A stretch of 64,000 nucleotides of DNA from Eledone cirrhosa (taxonomy: Eukaryota). Each line of letters starts with the position of its first letter. The stretch's first letter is position 1. The notes below the pieces were generated by a model. The model searched no databases, was not told the DNA's origin, and was given only the letters and a program-made list of their open reading frames with translations. The stretch lies in NCBI GenBank assembly GCA_964016885.1, contig OZ024753.1:36394001-36458000 (forward strand). Reading direction: 5' to 3'. The position numbers and the translations under genes were made by a program. Below are positions 61,663 through 64,000 of this stretch, one piece after another.

Positions 61663-62093
61663 TGTTTTCAAAAAACCCAATGTTACAAGATATATGTGTG
61701 CTCCAAAGTCGTTGGATGATAGAAAAACCATTTGCAATGTTCATCAGTATTATATATTTTATAAAGATTTCTTAAGTCAGTTTTAAGTTAAGTAAGGTTT
61801 ACAAGTGTGACATGTGATAACAATCTCCATATATGCCAACGTTAGGCAATCTAAAGTCAATGGTTATATGGAAGGGAATGATAGAAAAATGAATAAATCT
61901 TATAAGAAAAATATATAAAATGTATAAAATATATGAAATATATGAAATATATGAAATAAAATTGTAATACCGGTGAAAGATTAAGATTTATATACATTTG
62001 TCTTATACACACACATATATGTATACACATATACATACATACATACATACATACATACATACATACATACATACATACATACATACATACATG

Positions 62094-62130
<37 letters not shown>

Positions 62131-62195
62131 TACTGTGTGCGCACATGTGTGTATGTGTACAGATGCAGATACATACAGAGATGTATATATACATA

Positions 62196-62272
<77 letters not shown>

Positions 62273-62321
62273 TCACACATATGCATATATGTGTATATTT
62301 ATATACACACACACATATGCA

Positions 62322-62363
<42 letters not shown>

Positions 62364-62379
62364 TATGCATATATGTATA

Positions 62380-62421
<42 letters not shown>

Positions 62422-62488
62422 TATATATATATATACATAAGTATATGTATTTGTATGAATATATGTATGTATGCATATGCGAGTATGT

Positions 62489-62535
<47 letters not shown>

Positions 62536-62998
62536 AATATATATGTATTTGTATGAATATATGTATGTATGTATGCATATGCGAGTATGTATACATATAT
62601 ATATATATATATATATATGCAAACAGTGTCATAATGAAAATATTTGGAACTCTTCTAAAGTAAGACACAGAAAGACAGAAGAATACAAGAAGATTAAAAA
62701 AAAAAATATGTTTCTGATCATCCCCCCCCCCCCCCCCCCCCGCTCCTCTCCTCCTGTCCATGTGTCCACCTGTCGATCTGTCGTTCTGTCGCCTACATGT
62801 TATATATTAATAAAAGCTGAGATGAGGTTGATAGAAGCTTAACATATCATGCAACGGTGACAGAGGGTACTTGACACTCAAGTAAATATTACCAGACGGA
62901 TTATTTTTCACATCTGTACATCACCACCAATGGATCTCCGTCGATATCGATGAGCCTTCTAGTTACTGGTCGACGTATATGTGTGTATGTGTGTGTGA

Positions 62999-63057
<59 letters not shown>

Positions 63058-63089
63058 TGTGTGTGTGTGTGTACATATATGTGTTTAAA

Positions 63090-63166
<77 letters not shown>

Positions 63167-63213
63167 ACATATATGTGTGTACATATATGTATATATATAT
63201 ATTATATATATAT

Positions 63214-63353
63214 ATAACGGAAGAAATGTGGTAAGGAACCAGGGGGACCATAACGCACGAAAGTACTCAATACTTAGGGTAGTAGAGTGGGTAATAGGAA
63301 CGAGTGGGACCCCGACGGCTGAGCTCAAGCCGTTTCGACGGCTAATTCTGGAC
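63214..63353 (-). mobile_element. Family C copy without fold-back
   Basis: Same sequence, truncated at ...gctaattctggac. Smaller fragments at ~38555-38600 and ~49283-49333. Confidence 0.8.
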
Positions 63354-63437
63354 AAATATATATATATATATACATACATACATGCACGCATAAACATATA
63401 TAATGAAGTGTAAAAACTTTCCATTATTAAATCTTCA

Positions 63438-63626
63438 GAGGGCGGTGAATTGGCAGTATCAGTAGAGGGTCGGACGCCATACTTTGACGCATAGAGTTAC
63501 GGCCCTTTCCATTCTGATTTCAAATCCCGCCGAGGTTAACTTTGCCTTTCATCCTTACGGGGTCGATAAAATAAAGTACCAGTAATGCACTGGGGAATTT
63601 CTGGCCTTGTGCCAAAAGTAGAAACA
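63438..63626 (+). mobile_element. Full-length SINE with 15-bp TSD
   Basis: TSD attattaaatcttca at 63423-63437 and 63627-63641. Confidence 0.95.
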
Positions 63627-64000
63627 ATTATTAAATCTTCAAAAGACGTGTGTGTGTGTGTTTGTGTACGAATGTGTATGTGTGTGTGTGTGTGTGTGCG
63701 TTTGTGTTTGTGTGTGTGTTTGTGTTTGTTTGTGTTTGTGTGTGTTTGTGTTTGTGTGCGTGTTTGTGTTTGTGTGCGTGTTTGTGTTTGTGTGTGTTTG
63801 TGTTTGTGTGTGTATGTGTTTGTGTGTGTATGTGTGTATACACAGGTCTAAAGGCTGCATCAAAAGAGCTTTGATAAAGTAAAACAGAAGTTATCTGGGA
63901 AGACATTTGCATTAGATCGATCATCTTGGAGGAAAATAGTGTTTAAATTAATGCAAAACAGGAATTTGAAAAATATGAAGCACGGAAATTTAAAGAGGGG

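Overview
AT-rich, microsatellite-saturated animal genomic DNA, most likely from an octopus or other coleoid cephalopod, judging by the tRNA-derived SINE family and the extreme (TA)n/(CA)n load. I cannot support any host protein-coding exon; almost all listed ORFs are read-throughs of simple repeats. The identifiable content is: many SINE copies (several with clear target-site duplications); MetaSINE-domain SINEs; 3' fragments of Dong/R4-type, RTE-type and CR1/L2-type LINEs; and short unique islands carrying YY1, E-box and CTCF-like motifs. The main unexpected signal is at least 8 unrelated families of short elements embedded in (TA)n tracts that carry type I hammerhead ribozymes (HHRs), most with self-complementary stem III. 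They include intact copies, a U3-A8 covariant core and one with a ~92-nt stem II insert. Many occur as fold-back inverted repeats whose turning point is often at the ribozyme's stem II. They look like pseudo-LTR remnants of (TA)n-targeting Penelope-like retroelements. All coordinates and pairings were read by eye and may be off by a few bases.
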